DNA from: the human T2T-CHM13v2.0 reference genome, Homo sapiens
Assembly: GCF_009914755.1 (NCBI RefSeq)
Contig: NC_060933.1
Length of the DNA: 64,000 bases
Strand: one strand, 5' to 3'
Position numbers and translations under genes: made by a program. Positions 13,529 through 27,554 of this stretch are shown here, in pieces. The notes under the pieces are model-generated. The model worked only from the letters and a program-made list of their open reading frames with translations, made no database searches and was not told the origin of the DNA. The first letter of the stretch is position 1; every line of letters starts with the position of its first letter.

Positions 13529-15079
13529 AGTTCCTTTTTCATTGCATCCTTGATAGCAGTTATTTTTTCATAATAGGCATTCTAACTGGGATGAGAAAAT
13601 AATTCATCGTGGTTATGATTTGCATTTCCATGGTAACTAGGGATGTTGAACATTTTTTCATGTACCTCTTGGCCATTGGTATGGCTTTTGAGAGATGTCT
13701 ATTCGGATCATTTGTCCATTTTTAATCAGATTTTTATTGTTGAGTTATTTGAGCTCCTTGTATATCCTGGATATCCCCTTGTTAGATGAATAGCTTGCAA
13801 ATATTTTCTCCCATTCTACAGGTTCTTCCTTCACACTGTTGTTTCCTTTGCTGTGCAGAAGCTTTTGAGTGTGATATAGTTCCATTTGTCTATTATTTGT
13901 TGTTGTTGCCTGTGCTTTTGAAGACTTACCCATAACATTTTTGCCTAGACCAATGTCCTAAAACATTTCTCTTAAGTTATCTCCTAGTAGTTTTATAGTT
14001 TCAGGTCTTACATTTAAGTCTAATTCATTTTAAGTTGATTTTTGTAAATGATGAGAAATAGGGGTATAGTTTTATTCTTCCGCCTATGGAGATCCAGTTT
14101 TTTTCTGCATCACTTATTGAAGAGGGTGTCCTTTTCCCAGTGTATATTCCCAGCACCTTTGTTGAAAAATCAGTTTACTCCGAATATGAGGATTTATTTA
14201 TGGGTTCTCTGTTCCATTTCATTGGTCTGTATGTCTGTTTTTATACCAATACCATGCTGTTTTGCTTAGTATAGCTTTGCAGTATATTTTGAAGTCAGGT
14301 AGTGTGATGTCTCCAGCTTTGTTATTTTTGCTAAGTACTGCCTTGGCTATTCAGGGTCTTTTGTGGTTCCATACAAATTTTAGAATTGTTTTTTTCTCTT
14401 TCTCTGAAGAATATCATTGGCATTTTGATTTGGGATTTCATTGCATCTGTGGATTTCTTTGGGTAGCACAGTCATCTTAACAATATCAATTCTTCTAATC
14501 TATTAGGATGACATGAAAAAATTACTGTCTTTGAACTAAGTAGAAAAGAGACAATTTCAGCTTCTATGAAAATGTGACTTGAATGTTCTTCGAAAGATTC
14601 AATCTCACGGTTCCTTCATAAATGCCTTGAAATTGTTATCCAACCTCCCTTCTTAGCCCACATATTTTTAAGCAAGCAGTGTCAGACGAGGATTTCCAAT
14701 AAAGTTGGGAAATTACTGAAGTTGGATTAAGGTTTAGGAAAATCAGCCAATGTCTTACAAGGCCAACTGGATCTTTGTTAAATGCTTGTCATTCCATTGA
14801 GTGCCCTGCCACTTCAGGCAGATGTAGAATCAGGATCCTGGTGCTTTCTGTGTAAGTCTCATTCCCTCCTTTTATTTGCAGTGCTATTTGCTAAGTGTAT
14901 AGGTAGCCAATAATGAAGGCATTGCCATACTTTACTTGAACACGGTAAAACAAGCAATGACCTTAAGCCATTAATAACTGGGACCAATAGCCACACAAGT
15001 GTTCATGGGCTTGTTTTGCTACCATGTCTTCAAAGTTGCTTTTTGCTATTATAATTTTCTAAAAATAATGCAAGATGGT

Positions 15080-15785
15080 TGTATGTCTTGTGTTCTTTCC
15101 AAAGCAGACACTGAGATGGAATAGGTACATGAAAGGTTTATTGGGGAATATACATGTGAAGAGAGAGGCAGCAGTACTGGGCAAGTGGAGACATTGCTCA
15201 TGATGCAGACAGATGAGGTCTCTGTGAGCCTAAGGGAGTTGTTCTAGGGCAAAGATTGCTCATTCAAGGAGTCCTCAGTTGTACAGAAATGGCTAGACCA
15301 GGGGTGTCCAGTCTTTTGGCTTCCCTGGGTCATACTGGGAGAAGAACAATTTCCTTGGGCCACACATAAAATATACTAACACTAACAGTAGCTGATGAGC
15401 TTTGAAAAAAATCACAACAAAATCTCATGTTTTAAGAAAATCTATGAATTTGTGTTGGGCCACATTCAAAGCCGTCCTGAGCCACATGCAGCCTATGGGC
15501 TGCTGGCTGGACAAGCTTGAGATAGACCTTCACACCCCATTTTGGTTAGCCATTGACTGGGGACACCTAAGAATGTGGCGTTGGCTACCATTGCCTTATG
15601 GCAATGGCTACTCAGCCATTGGCTGGGGCCTTATCTGAAAAGAGCAAGCTCACAGCTCAGATATGAGGTAGACGACCCTGAAGGAGCTAACAGCTGGAGG
15701 GTGCCAGATAATCACATTCCTTGTAACTGGGCAGCAAAACCTTTCTTGAAGGAAGATCTGAGTGGTAAAAGTCAGTTTTTGGCAC
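15080..15785 (-). mobile_element. ERVL LTR16-like solo LTR, interrupted by MER30
   Basis: aagcagacactgagatgga...aggtttattgggga...ggagctaacagctggaggg resemble the LTR16 family. Confidence 0.65.
15299..15519 (+). mobile_element. MER30 (hAT-Charlie MITE)
   Basis: caggggtgtccagtcttttggcttccctggg...ggacaagcttg. Degenerate 8-bp TSD ggctagac/agatagac. Confidence 0.9.
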
Positions 15786-15821
15786 AACGGTTTATCGTTA
15801 CCAAATCAATCAATCAACATT

Positions 15822-16370
15822 TGTAGTGGTTGCTTTAGCTGTTTCTGGGTAACAAACCACCCTATTTTAATAGTTAAAAGCCCCAAATGTAATCATTTAT
15901 TTTTTAAAATGCATTTTATTTTGCACAGAAATTTGTGGATCAGGAATTCAGAAAGAATCTGGCTGATTGGCTCTTGCTTAGGCTTTTCATGTGGCTGCAA
16001 TTATCTAAGTTATCTACCAGGGAATCCAAAATGGTTCAGAAGTCATTGGCAGTTGAAGCTGCCTGTTAGCTAGGAGTTTGCTGGCACTAACAGCACCAAC
16101 ATGTGTCCTCTTTATGAGCCTTGGGCTTCTCACAGTATGAAAATGAGTGAGTGACTTTGGAGTGTGGGTACTTCAAGAAGAGACATTCCAAGAGACCAAG
16201 GGAGGAGCTGGAATTCTTTTTTTTTTTTTTTCTCTGATATAGTCTCGGAAATCTTGCCATACCCTTTTAATCCCATGCTATTGGTCAAGCAAACCACCTT
16301 CAGGGAGAGGAGAATTAGATTCAACCTCTCAGTGAGAGAAGCAGCAAAGAACAAATTCTTTGCTGTCAAC
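15822..16370 (-). mobile_element. Old MaLR LTR (MLT1-type)
   Basis: gtaacaaaccaccc...gtggatcaggaattcag...cttgggcttctcacagtatg...attggtcaagca. Confidence 0.6.
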
Positions 16371-16724
16371 TTTGATCTTCCATCTTTGTGTTTTATTAGA
16401 ATAAGAGTGCTTGCTCTCAATTCTATTACAGTAGATACTGTTAAAATTCTTTTTGATTTGTGATGCCTCACCAAAATGATTTCCATTTCTTCAATCATTG
16501 CTTCTTTGACATGATGTTGGTGCCTGATTGTTCTCTTAATGTTTTTCAGTTTATATCTGCCTTAATCTAAGAGCAGCATCATACCAAGTATTCTAAATAT
16601 AGACTGATCACCCTACAGAAAAGCAGAACTATCACTGCCTATATGTTCTAGAACTGCTAATGGAGCCATGGGAGACAGAAGCTTTTGTGGAAGTGATGCC
16701 ACAATATTCATGCACATTGAGTTA

Positions 16725-18200
16725 ACCTATTCCAGAAACATTAATTAAGTGCTCACTGTGTACTGGTAACTATAAGTACTGAGGCTACAATGATAACTAG
16801 AACTTGGCAACTTTCCTTGAGGAGCTCACAGTTTAATGGTGAGCATTGTCATGCAAACAAGTAATTATTGTTCTCTGTCATGTGCTATAACAGGAAAATA
16901 AGGCTCTAAGTGAACACAGAGGAGAAAATTTCTAATGCTTCCTAGAAAAAATAAAGAGGTTTCGCAGTGCCTGTGAACACTTATTATGCCTCAAAGAAAT
17001 TCATTAGGCAAAGAAATGAAAGAAAGAATAATTGTAGCAGAAGGAAAAGCATATTAATAGGCACAGAGGTATAACAAAGTGAGACACATGTAGGTAACCT
17101 TACCTGAAGTAGAAATGTATGATTCATCAATTGGATATTTGCAGGCGACAGCTATGAGATGAGGTTGGAAAGGTAGAGAGGACCCAGGTCGTCAGAATCT
17201 TAAATTTCACAGTAGGGAGTTGGGATTTTTATCCTCTAGAAAAAGGACATCAATTAACTTTTTAGAAAAAAAATATATTAGTGGAAGTGAAGCAAATGGA
17301 CTCTTCTGGACCAGAGCAAGACCCAAAGTTGGGAATCTAGCTAAGAGACTTGTGCTGGAAAGAAGTGATGAGGGCCTGAATTAAAGAGCAGCAGATATGA
17401 AGAGGAACAGTTTTGAGTCATATTAAGAATATTAAATTGATCAGATTTACAGTCTGGCTAAATATGGAGTGTAGAAAAGAAAGGAGGACTCATGGATGAC
17501 TCTCCATTTTCTGTCTTGAGTAACTGTATAGATAGTTGTCTAATTTTCAGAGAAGGAAGTACTGTGAGAGGAGCCTTCAGGAGGTGGAGGGAGGGAACAT
17601 TATGGTTCAGATTGGAAAATCTTGACTATAAGGTGCCTAAGAAATTTCTAGGAGGAGATGTTAAGTGTGGATTAAGAAATAAGGGTCTAGAGCTCAAGAG
17701 AGTGTTTTGGGCTGGTACTCTAGGTCTGTGAATCATCAAAGTATAGGTGGTAGTGGAAGCCACTGGAAAAGCTTAGTAGAAAGTAAGGTCTAGAACTTAG
17801 GAAAGGGGTTCACATGATAAATGAATATTTCAACATACAAGAGATAGCTGAAACCCTGGGAGTATATGACATTCCTCCCAGCACAGTAGGGAAAGAATAC
17901 GGAGTTGATGGTAGAACCCTGGAAAACATGACCATTTGAGGTGTGCACATGAGGAGAATTGATGAAAGAGACTTGAGATGGAATTCTGAGAGCTAGGAAA
18001 ATAACCCCAAAAAAAGGGAGGTTAGGGCAGAGATATATTCAAGAAAAAATGGAGTGAACAGGAGTGTCAAATGCTGCAGAGACATCAAATAATGTTAGGA
18101 CTGAAAAGTGCCTAATGAATTTTTCAATTAGGAGGTTATTGATGACTTTAATGAGATGATTTGAGAAGAGTGGAGGAAGTCAATGAAGTTAACCCCCATG
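16725..18200 (-). mobile_element. L2 (degenerate)
   Basis: attaagtgctcactgtgtac...gaggagctcacagtttaatgg...gtcaaatgctgcagaga is L2 complement. Confidence 0.8.
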
Positions 18201-18460
18201 TAGCTTTGCAGTGTAGGAATGTAAACAGATTGAGTAAAGGCAGTAAAAATTTAAAAGAAAAAAAATCAAAGCATGGCTTTATTTTTTGTTTTGTTTTAAA
18301 TGTTGAGATATGTTCAGAAGCAGTGAAGATGAAGAGATTCAAGATTCAGAAAGACGAAAAATAATTAATAGGGTTACAAGAAAGCTAAATTAGTTGACAG
18401 CTGAGAATGAATAATTTTTTTTTTTGGTATTTCTGTTAAGTTACATCTACGCTCTCTCAT

Positions 18461-18498
18461 CATCACCCAGTATCTGAGCATCACCCAGTATCTGAGCA
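18461..18498. repeat. Perfect 18-bp tandem duplication catcacccagtatctgag x2
   Basis: Units at 18461-18478 and 18479-18496. Confidence 0.95.
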
Positions 18499-18699
18499 AC
18501 AAATTCTTTTAGAACAAAGTGTTAGGAGTTTCCATTTTTTATCTCTATGATTTAAAAAAAAATTCAGTCTCTCATTTCAGATATAGTATTGACTAAGATA
18601 GTAGGTTATTTGCACATATAAGTCTCTATAATTTGGAGATAATCTTTTTTCTAGGTTGACATACAATAAAATGCATCTTTGATGTAGTGAAAATCATAC

Positions 18700-19600
18700 T
18701 GAAGACAATGTTAAAACCAAAAATTTTTATTCATTAAAAGATGCCATAAAATAAAAAGTTAAGCCAATAAATACCTGGGAAAATTTGTTAATATGTATCT
18801 GATAGAAGATTAGTGTCCAGAATTTATTAATAACTACAAGTCAACTAAAAGAAAAATAGAATGCAAAAAAACACATAAATAGGCATTTTATTAAAGAGGA
18901 AACATGAAAAGATGGCCAACCTTATTAGTCATTAGAGAAGTGCAAGTTAAGAATACAATACACCTACTAGTACTATATTTACTAGCTGAAAGACTACACC
19001 AAGAATGGATCCTGTGAGTAGTTAAGAATTCTAAAACCCTGCTGCTAAGCATGGAAAAGAAAAACCACTTTAAACACAATTTGGTGTTATCTTACAAAGT
19101 TGAGTGTGTACATTAACCTATGTTCCAGAAACTCCACTTGTTATCACTTGCCCTAAATAAACTTTATACATGTCTCACTAGACATGATCAAGATAATTCA
19201 TAGCAATTTTACCTTATAGCAAAAAAAAGAGCTCAATTTAAACAATGAAAATAAATGAACTTCAGCTACGTGCAAGAATGTGGATAAGTATTGCAATATA
19301 ACGTGTGGTGAAAAAACATGACTGATATACCATTTTTATTTAAATATATAATTTAGGTAAACATACAATGTTCAATGAAATGATAAATATAAAATTCAGA
19401 AAAATGTTGACCTCTTTAGGGATTGTATCAGGTTAGGGTTGCAACAAGATACAGTAGGCTAAGATTAGAGCTGTATATATGAGAAGTCTCTGTGTCATTG
19501 ATGATGTCAAAGATTTGGTGATATATCTAGGTATCTATTTTATTATGTGTCCAACTTACACTATATATTTTTTCTAGTGCATATCAAGTATTAAACGCTA
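18700..19600 (+). mobile_element. Ancient L1 (L1ME-type) 3' fragment
   Basis: catgaaaagatggccaaccttattagtcattagagaagtgcaagttaa; A-rich decayed L1 3' end. Confidence 0.7.
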
Positions 19601-20028
19601 AAAGAGTAAGAATCCACTGGACTTGGGAGAGCTCTGTATTCTTACCCAGGTTCTTTTGTTTTCTCTGGAACCACAAAAAAGTTACTTGTCTGATCTTTGG
19701 TTCCCTCATCTGTAACTGGAAAGACTGAGTAACCTCTACAGTGCTTTCCAGCTCCAAGAATCTTTAGTCCCATGAGCCAAAGAACTAACATGGTCTGTAA
19801 GTCAGGGAACTTCTCCAAGTAGCTGTCAAATTACATATTTTGACATAGACTCCAAATAGGGTAAAGGGACAAAGAATATTAATCTGCTAGGTTATTCTAA
19901 ATACATGGAAAATCCAAATAAGGAAAGACAAATAAGGTTGTATTTGGTTATTTGAAACTATATTGTTTTACCTCTGGGTCAAAGGGCTACTTGACCATAA
20001 TCTCCCATATACCTCTCAAAATTGAATA

Positions 20029-20031
<3 letters not shown>

Positions 20032-20091
<60 letters not shown>
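20032..20091. repeat. Compound (AT)n(AGAT)n microsatellite
   Basis: Read directly from the sequence. Confidence 0.97.
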
Positions 20092-20092
<1 letters not shown>

Positions 20093-20379
20093 TGTATAAG
20101 CACTGAAATCTAGGGAAAATGACATTTAAATGGCAAAAGTCTCAATATCTCCAGATATGACACAGATTGACTCATAGGAAGAGAGAAGACACTGAGGCCA
20201 ACTTAACAAACTTCTTACCCACCCTAAGAAAGGAGTAGTAGCACATGAAATAAAAAACAAAACTCCTTAGAAAAACTCTATTAACATTCCCTAATTAAGA
20301 GGACAGGGACAGACTGTGGGACACACAGGCTTAAACCACTTGGCTGACTTTTCACCAATGCTAATCAACATACTAGCAA

Positions 20380-20590
20380 ATGATAATAGCACATTTATAG
20401 TGTGTACTATATGCCAGAGATAGTTCTGAGCTCTTCAGGTAATTAGCTTATTGGTAGATACTATTGTTTCCATTTTACAGATGAAGGAACTGAGTTATAG
20501 AGAATTTAAGTGATTCTCTACAGTTAGTGAGTGGCAGAGGCAAGATATAAACCCAATCTCTTCCCTTCTAGAGTCTGGTGCCTTAATCAC
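20380..20590 (-). mobile_element. MIR
   Basis: ccattttacagatgaaggaactgag...gttagtgagtggcagag. Confidence 0.85.
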
Positions 20591-20639
20591 AGAATTATAC
20601 TATCTCTCAACAGCAAAAGAAAGTAACTATATCTGGTGC

Positions 20640-21095
20640 CCATTGCCGTAATACCAGTGTGTAACAAAGCACTCCAAAATTCAGTGGCATACAACAGTAG
20701 GCATTTATTTAGCTTGTATGTTGGTTGTCTAGACCATACTGGGCCGTTTTCCTGTTCTTGTCTGGGGACACTCCTAGGTCTCAGAGTTAACCAGCTATTG
20801 TCTGTGGTGCACACATCTGGGAGTTACTTTGCTGTCACCTGCATGACTCAGCTCTCTTCTATGAATCTTTCACATCCTTCCACCTAGCTAACCCAGTTGT
20901 ATTCTCCTGGCAGAGGTGCAAGAGCAGTTATGAACTCTCAAATGCTTCTGCTTGTAGTCACATCAGCACACATCTCTACTGGCTGAAATAAGTCACTCTT
21001 CCTATTTAGTGAGAGAAACTACAAGGGAAATGGCATGTGTATATGGGAGGTCTCATAGAAGAATTGAGGCCTCTAACTCATTAATTTACCATAAA
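20640..21095 (-). mobile_element. Old MaLR LTR (MLT1-type)
   Basis: gtgtaacaaagcactccaaaattcagtggcatacaac...gcatttatt. Confidence 0.6.
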
Positions 21096-22958
21096 ACCAC
21101 ACTAAGAGGTGCCCAAAGCAGCTTCTGCGGCAATGACAAGACTCCTTCCTGAAGCCATGAGCAGCAGCTCCTGGAAGGAGGGACGCCCAACAATGTGTCA
21201 TTTGGATCCAAGCTTTAAGACAACTGGATTCAGAAACGTGGTCTCCACGGAAGATTTTTCCATGGGAGAGAAAAAAACAGAAGCAGCAACACAAAGGCAA
21301 CTCCAGCAGCCTTCCTCAGGCTTCTAGATGACCACATTGGGTCTTACATCAACCACTTAGCATCTGAGAGGCGAATTTGCACAGCCACCATAGAAAAAGG
21401 AAGGGGGCCTCAAGAGAGATTTATGAGGAAAAGTGTTTTCAGTTTCTGATGGGGTTGACAGTTACCACATGTCAATCTACAAAGCATCTCTGGCTGGTGG
21501 TTGTCTTTAGGCACTTGAGAGAAAGTGGGTGTGCAGTAGTCTGGGTATGGGTAGTAGTCTGGTATTACCATCTAGCTGCTAATGTCTGAATCTTGCCTTT
21601 CACCCATTTACTAAACAAGCACACGTAGAGCATTTACCATGTACCAGACTCTGAAAACACATGAGCTGTGCTGTGTTTGCAATCACTGGGGATCTCTTAG
21701 TCTGGAGCGCTGATTTTTCACTGGCCCCCAGGTAGAGGGATGTGTCTTTCAGGCCCAGGGTACTCCTTGAAATATTGTAGGAATTAAAGCAGCCTGATTA
21801 TTGCTGTTCTGTTTCCTAAGGCTCCTCAGTCTCTGAACATGCTGAGTGAGTATAACCACCTCTTAAGTATATCCAGCTAAGTTTTTTTTCTGATTCTCAG
21901 GGAATAGAGTTCTTATTCTCCTTCACAGAAAAATAAATAAACTCTGTTCAGGAAAAGGGTGGCCTAAGACTGGGTGAGCTCATATAGCAATACTAACAAT
22001 TTTAAGGATCTACTTCTGGAGACAGTAGAGGGTGAGGTATAAGGTGTCAGGTGATGAAGCTCAGACCAGCTCCCTGACTACTCACCCTAGTTATGGCAGT
22101 TCGGACATCAAAGATGTCAAAAATGTGAAGACACCATTGAAATGATCTTTCACACACTGAGTTCCCTACCCTCTGGTGGCCATTGCAAGAGGTCAGAAAG
22201 CAGGCAGTCAAAAATGAAAAGATACCTGTCATGAACAACATTAACTGTGTAAGAATATAACTTCCTGAACCTTTTTAGCTCAGCATGCTTGGCCTAAGTC
22301 AAATGCTCTAAATGTATCTTACAAAGTACTTTCACATTTCATTGAATAAATTTCAACTGCAAATACCGACAAGGCATGCTCAGGCATAAGAATCCTAGTA
22401 TAATAGCAAAGTAGTTAGAGTGCCAAATGATACAGATTATGCATTGTGCTATGTTCAGAAAGTTTTAAAGAGGAACAATCATTTTCAAAAGAACCAGAAA
22501 TCAATCAGAGAGGATAAAAGTGAGAAAAGGAGGCTTAGATTACTTTTCATAACCTCCAGTCAAGCATGGATATCCACAGAGTGACAGTTTTTCATACGAA
22601 TCAGGAGATTATGAGCTCTGAGATCCTTTCCCCTATCATGTGTATTAGGATAATTGTTTCTCTAATTCAAATCTCTAAGCAGCTTAATACCTGTTCTTAT
22701 CTTATTTCAATTTAGAGAAAACAACGAAAATACTGTATCTGCTGTGTGTCTGCTTCTCCAAGTGAAACTTTAAATTACTCCAAGCTCTGAGCTTAAGTGG
22801 TTGACCAAATAGGTTAGGCATTCCTTCTAAATATAAAAAGGTGAAGAAAGACTTTCTGAGGCCAAAACTCAAAAAGTGGTCTTAAGATTGTCAGGGGAGT
22901 ATAATAACATCTTCCTACCAAAATACATCTGGGAACAACTTAATCTAAGATTAGAGGG

Positions 22959-23115
22959 TAAAAAACAAAACAAATCTTTGCTGCATTCAATGCTGTGAGT
23001 TAGGTAGAACCACCATGATTATACCAAATTCCACGCCAAACTTCATGATATGCCAACACTATTAGGTGACAGATTTGGGGATTTATCTGTAGCAAAAGAT
23101 AGCCATCCTCACTGA
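22959..23115 (+). repeat. 157-bp segment, copy 1 of a dispersed local direct duplication
   Basis: Aligns without gaps to 24667-24823 with 12 mismatches by hand count. Confidence 0.95.
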
Positions 23116-24329
23116 AGCCATTTGGCTTCCTACAAAATTAAACCATCAGTGAGCAAATGTCTAGCAGTATCTCATGCTAGATTGCCTCTTGTGTGCCTCT
23201 CTTCTGGAGAAGATGCTTTGAAACTAGAGTTTTCTCATCTCAGGACCTTGTGGGTACTTCTTTAAGTGAGCTTAGAAATCATTCAAGCATGTATTTAAAA
23301 CCCCATGATATTCTATCTCATTTTAGAACCTACTATCTAAAAAGGTGGTACCACTTGTGTTATCAGGGGTGGCCCAATTATAAACGATTGGTAATGACTG
23401 TCTGGAGTACCATGTGGAAAAGATCAACAGGAAAGAGTCCCAAAAATTATTGGCACATCTGTCATAATCATGGATGGAGGAGGGTGGCGCATATAGCATG
23501 TTTTTGTCATTTCTAATTCTGTTGACTCTATACTATTTTTTTTCCTCACATTTTCTCACTTCTTTAAACACAGGAAATGGCAGCCCGGTTAGGTGTGGAA
23601 AAGTGCTTAGATCCTCCACATTTTGAACAATGAAGATGGTCTAATGTGTGTCATTGTCTGATCGTTTAGTTAGGTGAGCGTTATGAAATGGTACAGGTTT
23701 TTCTCAACTACAAATACCCAACATAGGAATACTAGAAGTGGACAACTGGTCTTCGCTCTGGAGATAGAGAAGATGCAACTCCTAGAATCCCAAAGAGCAA
23801 GAAAAGGTTTTGTAGCTGGCACATCTCTTCTCATCTCTTGCTGGACAATGGGCACAGCTGTATTTGAGGGCTTATGTTTTCTGGAGATGATTGCTTTCCT
23901 TTCTCTACATTGTCGTCCACACCCAGTACAGTAGTAGGGGTTCAACCGATATTTTTTGCAATAAGAATTAAATCCGTGCTGCCTAGTGCTAGATTGCCAC
24001 AATTTAGGAAACACTTTACATGATAAAAATGTTTTTTAAATGACTGCATTTCTACGTTAGTACCAAAGGCTTATTACTTTTTCCAATTTATAGCACAACA
24101 TGGAAGAGCACAAAACAGAAGATCTAGCTCTTCCTCCCTTCTCAATACAGCCCCACCATTCTGCCTCAAAGAACACTGGGACTAATTCTGTCATGCCCTT
24201 TGTTCCTATCTTAGAAAATAAGGACTCTGGGTCTTCTCTCACCCTGTGGTTCTTGTGCGCACACAGCTCTGTGCATCTCGAACTGATTCCATCCTCCTCC
24301 TTTTCAAAGAGCACCCTCTTATGCTTACT

Positions 24330-25245
24330 CAAAGTATGAGTTGCTCTATGAATTCCAAAACTCACCCGCAATCAGCAAAATCCATTACATTCTTAAAGTT
24401 GTCTGAATAGTACCTTCCCTTTCCTACTGGAAATTTGGCTCTCCTTAATTATATTGCTTCCCTAGAGCCCTCCCAAGTGGCCATGTCTTATTTCCCATAT
24501 CTCTTGTACTAATGGACTTAGTGACAGGCTAGGTGTTGTTTTTGCTCCTCATTGCTTCTTCCAGACTAATGTCCTGCTCTCCTCCTTAAAATTAATCCAC
24601 TTGGAAACTCTTACCATCAATCAATACCACTAACCCTGCCTCCTTGCTGCAGTTATACATAGTTGTTAAAAAACGAAAGAAGTCTTTGCTGCATTCAATG
24701 CTGTGAGTTAGATAGAATCACCATGATTATACCAAATTCCATGCCAAACTTCATGATATGCCAACACTATTAGGTGATAGATTTGGGGACTAAACTGTGG
24801 CAAGAGATAGCCATCCTCACTGACACCACAGCACCTCCCCTATTCTTTGGAGATTCTGATCCTTGTCCATGGCTGACTGTTGCTTTCTCTGCAGGTCTAT
24901 TCTTGTCATCACCTTTTTCAGTCTCATCTCCTGGACTCCTCTTTATTCTATGGGTTCACTAACTAGCTGATCACATACTCTGATGACCCCCCAAATTGTG
25001 TCTCTAACCAAGAACTTTCTTCAATTCATATTCAGCTGCCTCCTTCATGTCTCACTTGGATGTCTAATAGGCATATCAAAATATGTTCAAAATTAAACTT
25101 ATTTAATTTTAAACCGATAGCCCCCAAATTTGTTCCTTTTACAGCCTCTCCCATGTGGACCAAGACTTCATTTTTGTGCACTGTTGTTTCTCTACTGCCT
25201 GGCATATAGTAGGTGCTCAGCAAAAGTTTAGTGAATGAATCATTT
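24330..25245 (+). mobile_element. L2 fragments, ending in the L2 3' terminus
   Basis: cttggatgtctaataggcatatcaaa...cctggcatatagtaggtgctcagcaaaagtttagtgaatgaat. Confidence 0.75.
24667..24823 (+). repeat. 157-bp segment, copy 2 (embedded in L2)
   Basis: Offset 1708 bp from copy 1. Confidence 0.95.
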
Positions 25246-26064
25246 TTTATTTTCACAGTAGTTTAAACTGTTGTAAAGCAGGGTATTTCACTTTTGCTTT
25301 ATTATGAGAGAGTAAGCTAGATAGAATGTTGTGAGATTGCTCTGGAAATGCAATAGCACAGCAGTGTTAGAAGTATTCTGAGTACTTAGTAACTGATGTG
25401 TAAGCAAACCATTGTACCAAATCTGATTTTTCTGCCTGCCATCTTCTGCTCCAGTCTCGTATAGATTACCACCAGGGTCAATCTCTTCAATGACAGATTT
25501 GACCATGCCACTGCCTTGCTCAAAATGCTTCGGACTATATAAAGAAATTTAACTTCCTCTACCTGGCATCCAAAGGTCTCCTTTTTTGAGTTTCACCTGT
25601 TACTTCTCCATCTTCATCCTGAGATAGGGCCCTTGATACAAGCAGCATCATAACCCTAAAGGTGACTCTGGTCTCTCATGTTCATCAAGACTTTTTGGTT
25701 GGAAATGACAGAAATGAGAAGAGAACGTACTGGCTCATGTAGCTGTAAATATGTCTCTGTACTGATATAGAAGGATGGTTGGTCACAATGTATTGTTGAG
25801 AGAAAAGCAAGCTGTAGAACAGCATGTATATTGTGATTCTAATTTTACATATTTTTAAATCTACCTATGATTGAGTGTGTTTATATGCCTGAGGAGGAAA
25901 AAGTCTGGAAGGATAAATATACACCAAGTATTAGTAATAATTAACCTTTAGTGAATAAAAAATCCTGATGATATGTTTTCCAATTTACATATTTATATAT
26001 TACAATATTCTATAGAAAAGGTTTAAACTTACACTTCGTTCATGGTATCACCCTGCTAATGCAA

Positions 26065-26255
26065 TGCCATCATATGCCATCCAATATGGAGCCAGTAGCT
26101 ATGTATGGCCACTTAAATTTAAAAGTGAAATAAAAAAATTCCATCCATCAGCTGCACTAGCCACATTTCAAGTGCTCAAGAGCCACCTATAGCTAGTGCC
26201 TGCCACATTGATTGCACAGGTATAGAACATTTCCATAAATGCACAGTGTTACTCC
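26065..26255. mobile_element. MER3/MER33-like hAT-Charlie element
   Basis: tccaatatggagccagtagc...gcactagccacatttcaagtgctcaagagccac. Confidence 0.75.
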
Positions 26256-26839
26256 CACAATGTGAAACACCTGTCAAGCTAGATGAACTAGGTGTTCACC
26301 TGATTACTTTCTCTAGTATAATTGGCTTCATTTAGATGCAGCCAGAGGGAAGCAGGTGCAGGTCTGAACACTTGTGATCTGACAGCCACAAGGAGTTTGA
26401 CCGAAGTCCCAATCTGTTCATTTATGCAGGATCCTTAAATGTGTTTGGGAAAGACATTATCTTAGTGGCAACCTATTGAGTAATTTCAAAGGGAAATAAG
26501 AAAAATCCTTATCCATTAATTTTTAAAGGAAAATGAGAACATCTGAGTCTCTTTGCAACATTGAGATTTACCTGTTTTAATTAGAAAAACAAACTGCTTG
26601 ACCTGAGAGAATGTTTTTCCTTTTCATCTTATTTGCCTAATTCCGAAGTAACTTGGCCATGCTCATGGAGAAAGAAGAATCATGTTCCTTTCTGGCAAGG
26701 AAATTAAAACGGTACCATAAGTACTTCTGTTTAAAACTGTTTGAAAGCAAATGTAGGAAATGCTTACCATGTTTCCTAAGTTTTTTTTTTAATTGATTTG
26801 TTCCATGTGGCATGATGAAAACTCGATGTTCGTTTTATG

Positions 26840-26909
26840 TTTTCATTCTAATATGGAGTCATAAAATCATTTTTCATTCTAATGTGGAGTCATAAAATCA
26901 TTTTTCATT
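26840..26909. repeat. 31-bp tandem duplication (1 mismatch)
   Basis: ttttcattctaat(a/g)tggagtcataaaatcat x2. Confidence 0.95.
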
Positions 26910-27185
26910 ACCTAAGTCCCTAATTTAAAAACTCATGATGAGAAAATAATTCTTATTATAACCAAAACTCTTTTAAAAAGATTTGAGATAAGTGTGATTT
27001 TAATATTTAAATAGAACTTTATTATATCTCTGATCTCCTTTGAAAACTATGAAACAGTAGGTTCATGAAAATATTCCTCATTTTTTAGAGCAAAATTATT
27101 ACACTGATAGCTGTGATGAATTACAGTGGAGGGTTCCACAGCATTTCATGGTTGTGGACTTTTGTACAAGAGTCAACAGCAATCA

Positions 27186-27554
<369 letters not shown>

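Larger units (their letters stand above)
10579..14505 (-). mobile_element. Old L1 (L1MA-type) 3' portion, interrupted by two younger + strand L1 insertions
   Basis: T-tail at about 10579 and L1MA 3'UTR complement (tgtaatgatcaaatcagg). It resumes after 12784 and after 13539 with ORF2 complement (cattctaactggg..., gtcaggtagtgtgatg...cagctttg). Confidence 0.85.

Noticed and set aside
18461-18498. Short direct repeats (also 26840-26909 and 50524-50579) as possible CRISPR-like arrays
   Set aside because: Only two units each, no spacer series, eukaryotic context; ordinary slippage duplications.
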